Virus record (IMG/VR): IMGVR_UViG_3300011339_000264 | Coordinates: 1 to 35,209 of that record | Reading direction: 5' to 3' (one strand) | From: a virus | Lineage: Duplodnaviria; Caudoviricetes | Length of the DNA stretch: 35,209 nucleotides | Shown: positions 14,983-25,700 of the stretch, one piece after another | Layout: every line of letters begins with the position of its first letter | How positions within the stretch are numbered: position 1 is the stretch's first letter | The notes under the pieces: model-generated | The model's input: the letters and a program-made list of their open reading frames with translations, nothing else | Database searches by the model: none | What the model was told of the DNA's origin: nothing | Position numbers and translations under genes: made by a program

Positions 14983-17694
14983 ATGGCAGACGCAACACAA
15001 ACAATCGTAAATCAGGTTGGGTATAACCCAGCAGTTGCTCCGTATTTGCAGGAGAACATGGCGCAAGCACGAGCGCTGACCTACAACTACAAACAAGAGC
15101 CAGTTTTAGATGCCAATGGACAGCCGGTTATTGGCCCAGACGGAAGACCCGTAACAAAGAACATCATCGGCGCAAACGGGATGCCCGAGATTGAGAGCTT
15201 TAGAGAACCTGAAAGGTACGGGTACGAACGGCAAGCTGAGTTTTCAGACCTGCAGCAGCAGGCCATGCAGGGCGCTAGGGACATGGTGGGCGGTGGAGCG
15301 CAAGTAGCTAACCAGAACGCACAAAACATTATGAGCACTGCGGCAAATAACGCCGCAGGGTCTACATACACGGGGGGTAATTTTGGTAACCAATACGCGG
15401 CCCCCGCCAATCTTGGTTACACAGCCCAAAATGCAGCAGCGCAACAGGCAGGAATTGCCACGCTACCTACGGGGGAGACGGCTACAGCGGCCACAATGGG
15501 TAGAACCCCGACAAGTACAGCGGCAATTGGGCAGGCCCAGCAAGATCAGATGGCTCCAGAGATGGCTGCCCAAACCGGGACAGCGGCAACTGGGATTGCC
15601 GCGCTTAACAGAGCCACACCTCAAATGACTGCGCAAGCAGCCAATGCAGCCACACTAGGTGCTGCCCCGGAAGCCCTATCAACTCAGTTTGCAGGGCCGA
15701 GAGATGTGAGCGCGGAGCGAGTAGGGGCAGAACGTATAAACGCACCCAACCTGCGCGACATGAGCATGACTGCGGCAAAAGATATTGCCGGTTCAACAGT
15801 TGAATCCAGAGACATAAAAGCTGCCAAAGACACTGGTTTGGCAAGTCTTAAAAACTACCAGATGGGGCCAGCGGAACGGGTGGAAACAAAGAGTTTTGCC
15901 CAACCCGGCTCGGCGGATGCATACATGTCGCCTTACATGCAGAGTGTGGTGGGCATCCAGCAACGCGAAGCGCAACGAGCCGCAGATGTTGCTTCTACAG
16001 GACGTAGAGGTGAGCAGACCAGAGCAGGTGCTTTTGGGGGTTCCCGAGCAGCCATCATGGACGCTGAAGCTGCCCGTAATCTTGCCACTCAACAGGGTGA
16101 CATCCAAGCGCAGGGTTTGCAGGAAGCATATAAACAAGCGCAGCAGCAGTTCAATACGGAACAAGGCCAAGGTCTACAGGCCCAGACCGCCAATCAACAA
16201 GCCGGGTTGACCGTAGGCCAACAGAATCTTGCTGCTAATTTAGGCGTTCAGCAACTGGGCGAAGGACAGATCAACCTTCAAACCAAACTCGCCAATCTAA
16301 ACAATGAGCAGCAAGCGGCGGTTCAAAACGAATCCAACAGGCTTCAAGCACAGGGGTTAACCGCAGGCCAAGCCATGCAGGCTGCGCTTGCTAATCAGGG
16401 CGTGCAGCAGCAGGCCAATGTGCAGAACCTGAGTGCAGGTCTCCAAACGCAAGGTCTCGGTGCGCAGACCGGGCTGCAAGCACAGCAGTCCAATCAGCAG
16501 TACAACATGCAGGGCCAGCTTGCCAATCAGCAGTCCAATCTTACGGCGCAGCAGGCCAACCAAGGCATGGGCTACAACACAGCCCTGCAAAACGCACAGT
16601 TGCGTCAGCAGACTGAGTTAGCCAACCAAGGACAACGCGGGCAGTACGGGCTTCAGCAGGGGCAGTTTAATCAAGCGGCCAACATGCAGACCTCTGCACA
16701 AGCCCAAGAAGCGCAGCGGCAGAATCAGGCAATGGCGGGGCAGTACGGGTTGTCCGACACGGGTAATCAGCAACAGACCAACATGGCAAACGCTGGCTAC
16801 CAGCAACAAACTGGGATGGCAAATCTTGCAAATCAGCAAGAAGCGCAACGGCAAAATCAAGCCGTTCGCAGTCAGTACGGGCTTGCCAATCTTGCCAACA
16901 GACAGCAAACGGAGCAGGCTAACACCGGGTATCAACAGCAGACGGGGATGGCGAATCAAGCGCTGGCTGGTCAGTATGGGATGCAGCAGGGCACTATGGA
17001 TCAGCAGGCCGCTATGCAGACAGCGGCGAATAGGCAAGCAGCCGGGATGTACGGTGCACAAGCCCAAAACGAACGGGCGCAGTACAACGCCACCAACCAG
17101 CAGCAAACAGCACTTGCCAATCAAGCGGCAGGGAATAGAGCCAGTGAGTTTGGCGCTGGGCAGGGGCTGACTTCAGCAGGAACGGCTGCACAGTACGGGC
17201 AAGCGGCCAACCAACTGAACGAACAATCCGGGCAGTTTGGCGCTAACTTTGGTTTACAGGGGCAGCAAGCCGCCATGCAGGGCGCTACGGGGCTGTCCAA
17301 TATTGCAGGGCAGGGGTACAACCAAGGTGTGCAAACGAACCAACTGCTGGCTGGCTACGGCAATCAGCAACAAAACGCGGAGCAGCAACGGCTAAGCACG
17401 CAGTACCAAGACTTCTTGAACGAGCAGAACATGCCGTACAAGCAGCTTGGGTTTATGGCGAACACCGCCAGTGCAGCGCCCACAGCCAATCTGGGCAGCA
17501 CCATGTACCAAGCAACTCCCAGCGCATTCAACCAGATAGCCGGGTTGGGCACGGCAGCAGCGGGTGCGTTTAACGCTGCGGGCGGGTTTGGCTCTAAAGC
17601 AACCGGCGGTATGGTTGGGCGCTATGCCAAGGGGGGTCTGATACGATCACGCCCACAAGGTCTTGTTGCGCTGGCTATCCACAGCATGGCATAA
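14983..17694 (+). CDS. Gln/Asn/Ala-rich putative ejection (DNA pilot/tube) protein
   Basis: SD TAAGGA; core YMSPYMQSVV..GAFGGSR; 11-residue periodic Gln-rich C-terminal half. Confidence 0.7.
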   Translation: MADATQTIVNQVGYNPAVAPYLQENMAQARALTYNYKQEPVLDANGQPVIGPDGRPVTKNIIGANGMPEIESFREPERYGYERQAEFSDLQQQAMQGARDMVGGGAQVANQNAQNIMSTAANNAAGSTYTGGNFGNQYAAPANLGYTAQNAAAQQAGIATLPTGETATAATMGRTPTSTAAIGQAQQDQMAPEMAAQTGTAATGIAALNRATPQMTAQAANAATLGAAPEALSTQFAGPRDVSAERVGAERINAPNLRDMSMTAAKDIAGSTVESRDIKAAKDTGLASLKNYQMGPAERVETKSFAQPGSADAYMSPYMQSVVGIQQREAQRAADVASTGRRGEQTRAGAFGGSRAAIMDAEAARNLATQQGDIQAQGLQEAYKQAQQQFNTEQGQGLQAQTANQQAGLTVGQQNLAANLGVQQLGEGQINLQTKLANLNNEQQAAVQNESNRLQAQGLTAGQAMQAALANQGVQQQANVQNLSAGLQTQGLGAQTGLQAQQSNQQYNMQGQLANQQSNLTAQQANQGMGYNTALQNAQLRQQTELANQGQRGQYGLQQGQFNQAANMQTSAQAQEAQRQNQAMAGQYGLSDTGNQQQTNMANAGYQQQTGMANLANQQEAQRQNQAVRSQYGLANLANRQQTEQANTGYQQQTGMANQALAGQYGMQQGTMDQQAAMQTAANRQAAGMYGAQAQNERAQYNATNQQQTALANQAAGNRASEFGAGQGLTSAGTAAQYGQAANQLNEQSGQFGANFGLQGQQAAMQGATGLSNIAGQGYNQGVQTNQLLAGYGNQQQNAEQQRLSTQYQDFLNEQNMPYKQLGFMANTASAAPTANLGSTMYQATPSAFNQIAGLGTAAAGAFNAAGGFGSKATGGMVGRYAKGGLIRSRPQGLVALAIHSMA

Positions 17695-17703
17695 GGAATC
17701 AAA

Positions 17704-19701
17704 ATGTTTGATGATCGAAACAGTGGGTTGGCCGGGGTAGCTACTGACGCAAGTCTGATTAGCATGCTTGCCGGGATGAAGCCCGATGCTCGGCAGCGCT
17801 ACGCAGCAGAGCACTCTGATGACATCAACGTAGTCATCATGGCTAAGTTGGTGAGCGATGTAGCCAACAAACTCGATGTTGCAGAAAAAGGAAATCAAGG
17901 CGCACCGGCCCCCACCGTTTTGTCGCAGACGCTTGCAGCAATAAATCCGCAGTCGGCGCAAGGTATGCCACAAGGTATGCCACAAGGTATGCCACAAGGT
18001 ATGCCACAAGGTATGCCACAAGGTATGCCACAAGGTATGCCACAACAGGCCGTGCCACAACAGGCCGTGCCACAACAGGCCATGCCACAACAGGCTGCGC
18101 CGCCACAGCAAGCCCCACAACCGGCCATGCGGGCACCCCAAGGCCAAACTCGAATGGCGGCAAACGGCGGCTACATGGACTCCCGCCTGCCCGAAGAGAT
18201 GGGCATAGGCGCACTACCCGAACGTAGCCTGTCTAACATGGCGGACGGCGGGATTGTTGGCTTTAACGAAGGCGGAGATGTTCAGCGGTTTCAATTTGGG
18301 GGGACACCCAAACCCCGACCTATGTACCCCGGCATGATTGCGCAGGAGGGGGCGGGGTTGTTGCCGTCCACGACTGGCTACGAAGGCATGGGCATGCTGG
18401 AGTTCATACAGAAATTTGGGGTTGATGCGTACAACAAAATCAAAAATGCCATTCCCGGCGAAAGCACAGAAGAACGCTTGGCGCGGCAGAAACGCGAAGT
18501 TTACGAAGGCAGTGTCTCAGGGCAGCGGGATAAAGCAATGGCGGAAGTAGATAAACCAACCCCCGTTGATTCAATGACACTGCCCCCACGCCCACTTGGC
18601 CCCCTTAGTGCAGGCGCGGCACCGCCGTACGACCCCGCTACGGCAACACGCCGAGATCAGTATGTAAACAAAAACACTGGCCCCGGTGCTGGTCCCGGTG
18701 CTGGTCCCGGTGCTGGTCCCGGTGCTGGTCCCGGTGCAGCCCCCCGTGCGGCTACTGGCGCTGCACCCGTGCAACAGCAGGAAGATTACGGCGCACTATT
18801 TAACCGCATCAGGGGCGGCATGCCCGACGCCCGCGCCTCCATGCCGAAAGAAATTAAAGAAATGGGCGACTTGCGAGAAGCCCAAGCAAACAAAGAGCTT
18901 GCATCCGAAGAGAATGCGAAAGCGGGTTTAGCGTCCTTGCTGGGCAAGCGGGAAACGCGTATTGGCGAACGTGAAAAACGTCTTGCAGACAAGAGCAGCA
19001 ACGACATCAACATGGCACTCATTGACGCGGGATTGGCAATGGCGCAGTCCGTCAAACCGGGTTTTGCAGGAATCGCCGAGGGTCTTACCACAGGCGCAAA
19101 ACGCTTCGCTGAAGAGTCCCGTCTGACAGAAGCAGCGCGTCAGAAAATTGAAGAAGCACGCGATGCACACGACGACTTGAAATTCAATCGTGAAGACATG
19201 TCCCGCAGACAAATCCTAGCCGCGCAAGGCAAGATCACCGAGGCTAAAGTTGCGGTTAAAAAAGACGTTGTTGACTACTTGGCCAAAGATAGAGACATCA
19301 GCACCAAAGTGGCGGGGCATTTATTTGACGCGGAGGCCGCAAGAATTGCAGAAACACAGAAGCAACGGTTCCAAGCGGGCGAAAACGTACTCAACAGGGC
19401 CAACACGCTGAGCGCAGCGGGTATAAGCGCAAACGCATCGACAGCAGCAAAATTAGACATGCTAGAAAAACTAGGCGCGGCTAAGCCTGACAGTCCGTTG
19501 TACAAAGGCTACTTAATGACGGTGCAAGAAGGCCAAGAGCCAAAAATGTACGCTGATTACCTGACAAGAAGAGACGACCCCCTGAAGGGTGAAGACTTCA
19601 AAAAAATGTATCCCACGTTTGAGCTGTACAAAGCAGGTATGTCTGGCGGTGGTGGGGGTAACTTTGTGACGCCCCCGGCAGGAACAACAGCGCTAAAATA
19701 G
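17704..19701 (+). CDS. Putative internal virion/ejection protein 3
   Basis: SD TAAGGA; xxGG cluster, low-complexity repeats and a helical C-terminal half. Confidence 0.7.
   Translation: MFDDRNSGLAGVATDASLISMLAGMKPDARQRYAAEHSDDINVVIMAKLVSDVANKLDVAEKGNQGAPAPTVLSQTLAAINPQSAQGMPQGMPQGMPQGMPQGMPQGMPQGMPQQAVPQQAVPQQAMPQQAAPPQQAPQPAMRAPQGQTRMAANGGYMDSRLPEEMGIGALPERSLSNMADGGIVGFNEGGDVQRFQFGGTPKPRPMYPGMIAQEGAGLLPSTTGYEGMGMLEFIQKFGVDAYNKIKNAIPGESTEERLARQKREVYEGSVSGQRDKAMAEVDKPTPVDSMTLPPRPLGPLSAGAAPPYDPATATRRDQYVNKNTGPGAGPGAGPGAGPGAGPGAAPRAATGAAPVQQQEDYGALFNRIRGGMPDARASMPKEIKEMGDLREAQANKELASEENAKAGLASLLGKRETRIGEREKRLADKSSNDINMALIDAGLAMAQSVKPGFAGIAEGLTTGAKRFAEESRLTEAARQKIEEARDAHDDLKFNREDMSRRQILAAQGKITEAKVAVKKDVVDYLAKDRDISTKVAGHLFDAEAARIAETQKQRFQAGENVLNRANTLSAAGISANASTAAKLDMLEKLGAAKPDSPLYKGYLMTVQEGQEPKMYADYLTRRDDPLKGEDFKKMYPTFELYKAGMSGGGGGNFVTPPAGTTALK
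17959..18087 (+). repeat. Tandem repeat: (CAAGGTATGCCA)x7 followed by (CAACAGGCCRTGCCA)x3
   Basis: Encodes (QGMP)7 followed by QQAVP QQAVP QQAMP. Confidence 0.95.
18679..18738 (+). repeat. Tandem repeat (GGTCCCGGTGCT)x5, near-perfect
   Basis: Encodes (GPGA)5. Confidence 0.95.
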
Positions 19702-19761
19702 CGGACAATGCAAAAGTGCATAAATAGGGCCTTGCACAGCCCATAACACTGCTAAGAGACT

Positions 19762-22700
19762 ATGGCTAATTACATCCAGCTACCAAACGGCGCGTACTAC
19801 ACTGCACGGGAGGGGGATGATTACGCCACCACAGTCCGAGCAGCATACGCAAAGTACCCCGAAGCCTTTGGGGGCGAGAAAACTCCCGAGGAAACCCCGA
19901 AGTCAGGTTTCGTACCAGCGCTTAAAGCAGGGTTCTCAAGCCTCAAGGGCGATGTAGCTGCGCTTGCAGGGCGTACGGGCCTCATGGGGCTTCCCGAGGC
20001 AGAGAGTTACATTGCCGAGCAGGAAGCCTACCGAAAGAAAACCTTTGCCCCCACGCAAGAAGGTTTTTTTGAAGCCCCGCTGGCCAATATTAGTGAGCTG
20101 GCGGGCGGTTCCCTGCCCTATATGGCGGCTCCGCTTGCCGCTGGTGCGGCGACCCTTGCACTGCCTGCAACCCTTGCTGCGGCACCCGTACTAGGGGGTT
20201 TAACCACTGCCGGTACGGCGCTTGGACTAGGTGCCGCAGGCTTAACATCCGCCGCGCAATTCACCGGCTCTGGCCTAACTCGCCAGATGACACCGGGCGA
20301 AGGCATGGCGAACAAAAGCCTCGGCGAAACAGACCTTACCGATGCTGCCCTAGCGGCCATCCCTTCGGCGGTGCTGGATACGATCAGCTTGAAGATGATC
20401 CCCGGCATCGGCAAGATATTCGAGCGTGCTGGCATAGAACTGACCACCCAAGCGGCTAAAGACTTGGCCAAGGAGGGTATCAAGAAAACGGCTGCGGACT
20501 ACCTGCTGGCCACCGGAAAGACGATGGGTGTTGAAGGTCTGACCGAAGCGGGCCAGCAAGTGTTCGAGCGTATGCAGGCAGGTCTGGCCATCGACAACCC
20601 AACGGCCCGTGCAGAATACTTTGACAGCTTCATCGGCGGTGCCGTTCTTGGCGGCATCTTGGCCCCTGCTGGCCGGTACGTTGAACGCGGTCAAGAGCAA
20701 ACCCGGTTCGATACAGCCGACCGTGCCAAGCAAGTGGCCGACCGCACCGCAGCTTCGCAAGCCGCAGAGCAAGCCGCCGCAATTGAAAAAACCCAGAAGC
20801 AAACCCCTGAGTACGCTCAAAAAACACAAGCGGACTACCTAGCCGCAGAGCAGCGCAAGAACGAACTAGACGCTCAGATGCACCGGGCAGGCAAGGGTGT
20901 CAAGCTTACGGAAGATCAGAAGCAGGACAACCGCGAAACCCAGCAAGCCCTTGCCGAGCACGCCGACGTACTGAAAGCAGCCAACGCAGAGTTTCGCAAG
21001 TACCGCCAGTTCCTACCGCCCGAGCCAACCCCCGCGCCTACGCCCATTGAGGACACAACGCAACTGCAGCAGCCTTCACTGGTACCCGAAGGTGCAGCGC
21101 CCGTTACGCCCGACTTGGACATGTTTGGCACCCCTGTGGAACGTGCCGGTACTGCGGCTGAAGTTCTTGCTAATGAGCAGGAACGCAGCCTATACGGCCC
21201 AGACAGCCGACAAGCCCAGTTGCAACAGACGTTTGATATGTACGACCAAACGGTCGGCAATCGCGGCAAAGCCAATGCGCCTGAAACACTGTTGACGGAT
21301 AACCCCGATGTGCAACAGGCCCGAGCTTTAGAGGGCTATCTCGACCATTTGCGCGAACAAAATTCAGCGTTGCCGCCAACAGCGTTCAAAGAAAAACAAG
21401 CGTTGGCAGAAAAGTACGCCACGGTTAAAAAAGCACTGGATCAAATTCAAAGTTCCATGCCCGCAATGCCCGATGTTTTAAAAATTCAATCGCAGATTGC
21501 TACGCTGACTAAGAAGCTGGCAACTGCTGACGAACAGGGGGATTTGGATGCGGTAGGAAAACACGCGGCAAAGCTGGAGTCTTTACACAACCAGTTGGCG
21601 ACTGCTGCCCCAGCACCCAGCCCGCAACAAGAAATTCCGATGCAGCCGTTCAAAGCGGTGTCGCAAACAGCAGAACAGATCGAACAAGAAAAAACTGCAG
21701 CACTGGAGGCCCAACGTCAGAAAGCGCAACAAGGTGCCAAGGCGGAGTCCGACGCGTATGTTGCCCAACGTATCCAAGAGCGCCGCACCCAGCGTAAGTT
21801 GGATGCGTCAAAGGAGCCCGCCGCCGAACAGCCACAACGGGATGAAGAACTGCGGCACCGCGCTGAAAAAGAAACGATTGACAAGCTGCTGGCCACACTG
21901 CCTACTGGCAGCACCGTTACCCCCGGACAAATTATGTTGGGGCTTGGCGGTGAACAAGCGCACCTACGTGACCTGCAAACACAACTGGCCATTGCAAAAC
22001 TCACGCGAAACAAAGGGCTTATTGATTCGCTCAACGACCAAATCCTGAACATTGAGTCGAGCCAAGAGAACGCGGCATCCAACAAACCGATTGAACGCCT
22101 GCCCGCTTTGGGCGAAGGTAGGCTGTCTGAGCCCCGCGCTAAAGAAGCAGAAGCCGAACAGCATGCGGACAAGCAAAGCGAAATGCTGCAAGCGTTTGTA
22201 GCACAACTGCAAAAAATCAAACTGCGTCCTGACACGGCACAAGTGTCTACCCGCCTGCAAGACATTAACAAGAAACGCGAAGCAGAGGGCAAGCCTGCTA
22301 TTACGCTGGCAGACCAATCGTCCGCCATGCTGGACACAGCGCGAATGGCATACCTCAAGAGCCATTTGGATGAGATTGAAGCCCGCCGCGCAGCGTTTGG
22401 CCTGTCGCCTGCGGCTGATTGGGAAATTGGTGAAGCTCGCGCACGTGTCATGGAAGGCTTCAACGAGCTACAAGACCGTTGGGGTCAAGCCGTTCCAGAA
22501 AATGCCCCGGTAGGCCAGCGTCAGTTTGGTGCCCCGGTGGAAGCCGTTGCATCGCTGCAAGACCAGATGCGTGCCAACATCTACCAGAACATATTTTCTG
22601 CTGCCGAGCGCATGCAGAAGGATGTTCAGGGAACGATGAAAGAGAAGACCGTGCAGCGGTCGGCTACCCCTACGCTTGAGCGCGATGAAAACGGGCAAAT

Positions 22701-25700
22701 GCGCCAGACTGGCTACGCACGTCCGACTGGCCCGCAAATAGTTAGCCCGAACCTTAACTTGCGCGAGCAACCGAAGCTGGCGGAAGACGACAAACAAAAC
22801 ACGCTGGACATGATCGACCGTGTTCTAAACACGCGTGATACCCGCACTACCTCAATACCCACAAACACGGTTAAACCACCAGAAAAAGTAAAAAGTTTTA
22901 GCGATATCGCGCAGCTACTGGCCGAAGAAAAATCAGGGGTTACTACGACAAAAACCAATGAGGCTTCTGTACAACTGTTGAACCAACTGCGCGATGTACT
23001 GCCTGCTACGTCTGACAAAGAGTTCATTGCGCTGGCGCGTGAGCAAGTACAACGCGTTATGGAAGGCAACCTCCCCGACCAATTTGCGGTACGTGAACTG
23101 GGCGACATGATTCGGGCACAAGAAGAAGGCCGTCAAAGCACAACTCAACCCGGTGCTACACAGGAAGAACTGCAGCGAACCAGCGCTCAACCGCAGCGTT
23201 CTCTGTTCCCGGAGAGCGAGCCCGTTACGCAACGCGCTACGCCCGATAACTTTCAGACCATGCTGGACTCCAAAAACGTGCAGGGCATGCGCGAAGCCAT
23301 TGCGCAGCAAAAGGCTGACAACCAAGCAGCGCTGCAAGCTATAAAGAATAGCCTGCAACCCGCCAAGACTGCCGCACAGCAAGCCGAAGCTGCGCTCAAC
23401 AAGGCCAAAGCAGAAACGGAACCCTTGTTGGAGGGCGCAGAGAAAGAGCGTGGGGAGCCTGCTTGGTATGCCCCTGCCGTACGTAAAGTTGTCGAGCTTG
23501 AAACCGCGCTGCAAAGTATTCCCCCACGCGTAAAGTTGCTCAAGGACATTCGTGAACAAATTGCGGGGCTTAACGAAAGCCAAAAGAAAGCTTTGGTACA
23601 ACAGGTAGATCGTTTACTGGTAATTGTTGATAAAAATCCCGCGCAAAGAGTTGCGCTTTTGGATGCTTTGAAAGAACAGTACAAAAAAACAAAAAATGAA
23701 AACACCAAAAACCACATAAAGTTGGTGGAAGAAAATACGAACGAGGTGTTTTCCGCGAACAAAGTCAAAGAATTGTTTGAGCTTAAACGAGCGTTGGCGG
23801 GTGAAACTTCTTTAAACACAGAAATTAACCGCCTGACTGCCGCAGTACGGCTTGCTAAGAGCACCGTTGACAAAGCACGCGCTGACCTCAAGGGGTTGCT
23901 TAATAAATACGTATCGGACACCACCGTACGTAATGCGTTGTTGACAGAGGCTGATGAAGCCACGGCAAAAATTGATCGCCTCACCAAAGCGTTTGAGACA
24001 GCGCGGCGGCAAGAAACTGTTGACGAGACACGCAAAAAAGCAGAAGCCAAAGCTGAAGCTGATAAGAACGCGCCAGTTAACGAAGCTACCCCAATGGCAA
24101 CGTGGCGAGATGTATTGCAGCGTGGGCGCGAGGGCTTGGACTTACCGGGTACTCGCGTAACGCAGGATGTGTCCGAACTCAAGCAACGCATTCTTGGCAT
24201 CCGCAGAAAGCTGGGGTCGTTTGATGCACAACTGGAAACGCTGCTAGACCCGCAGAACAAGTTGACTACAGAAAGCAAAGAAAAAATTGCGGACCTTCAA
24301 GAAAAGCGCCGCAAGACTGTTGTCGAGCTGGACTCGGTTTACGAAAACGCACCGCGCATTACGACGGAAATCAAAGAGCAAGGTCAGCTTGCACTTGAGA
24401 AAGCTTTTGACGAATCCCAAGCCGCAGGCTATGACCAGAAAGCCAGAAAGCGCCAAGAAAAAGCCGGTGAAATTCCTGCAGACCTTGCTGCAGCGAAGTC
24501 GGGCAATACCGTTGTTGACACGCGTGCGGGTTATTACGCTGGCCGCATATCTGAGCCCGGTGAGCGCAAGCGTGCTTCTGACCGCGCAAAAGCCGCACAA
24601 GATGCGTTGCGCGAGGTGGCGGAAGCCCGTGCAGAACTGAAGGTTCTGCAAGACCAAATGCAGTACCTGCGGGACAACAACAAAGCAAAGAAAGGCAACC
24701 GTTACACAGAGCTGTTCAAAGGCTTGCAAGAACGGGAGACAACGCTCAAGGGGGTTCTTGCCGACAAACAAGCCGTTGTTGAGGAAGTCACGAAAAGCCA
24801 GAAAGAAACCAGCGCTGCACTAGCGTCTGCACGCAAAAGCGTAGAAGGGGCGCAGTCGGGGAAAGAAGCACTGGCGCTTAGTGACGCTGAAGCGCAGCGT
24901 CAGTCAGAGGCAAGCGGGAGTTTAAGCGCCCCCAGCCAGTTTGACGCTACTCGCACTTCCACGCCGCTGTCGGCACAGGCTGTTGAGATGGCGCAGGATG
25001 GGCGCATCCTTGATCTAGCGGATGAGCTTGCCAAGAACGGCTCGACCCCGGCTATCCGGGCTACTGCGGCCAAGCTGCGGCCCATGTTGATGCGTACCAA
25101 GTTGTCGGTGGACAAGGACGTCAACTACAAAGGCGAGTCGGTAGCCGGGTTGTACGACCCCCAAGACAACACTATCACGATGCACCCAGACGGGTTGACC
25201 GAAGAGGATGTGTTGCACGAAATGGGGCACGCTGCTACGGACCACGTATTACTGGCAGACCCGGCAACGCTGACGGCGGACCAACGCGCTGCACGTAAAG
25301 GGCTTGAGGCGCTGCACGCCAGTATTGTTAAGAGCGATTTGTTCAAGGGCGAGCAGGGCATTGCCGACGTACGCGAATTTGCCGCAGAGGTCGAATCCAA
25401 CAAGGACTTCCGCAATAAGCTGGACTCCGTGGGCAAGCCGACTACGCTCTTGCAACGGGTACTGGGCTTCTTTAAACGCATGTTGGGCATGCAGACTGAA
25501 ATATCCAGCAAAGAAGCCCAAGCGCTGGTTGACCGCATACTGGCCCCGTCACGCAAGCTGACGGCTAGAGCAACGCCTAGCCTGTTCCGCAAGGGGGCTC
25601 AGTATGCGTCCAACGATGCCCTGTCCGACTTAGCGAAAAAGGCCGTTGCACAACCCCAAACTTTGCGCGAGAAGGCCGGTTCCAACATTGCGCTGCAGCT

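Noticed and set aside
17843-18214. Cys-rich (CGIP)n, (VAYL)n and (WHTL)n ORFs
   Set aside because: Alternative-frame readings of the 12-bp tandem repeat.
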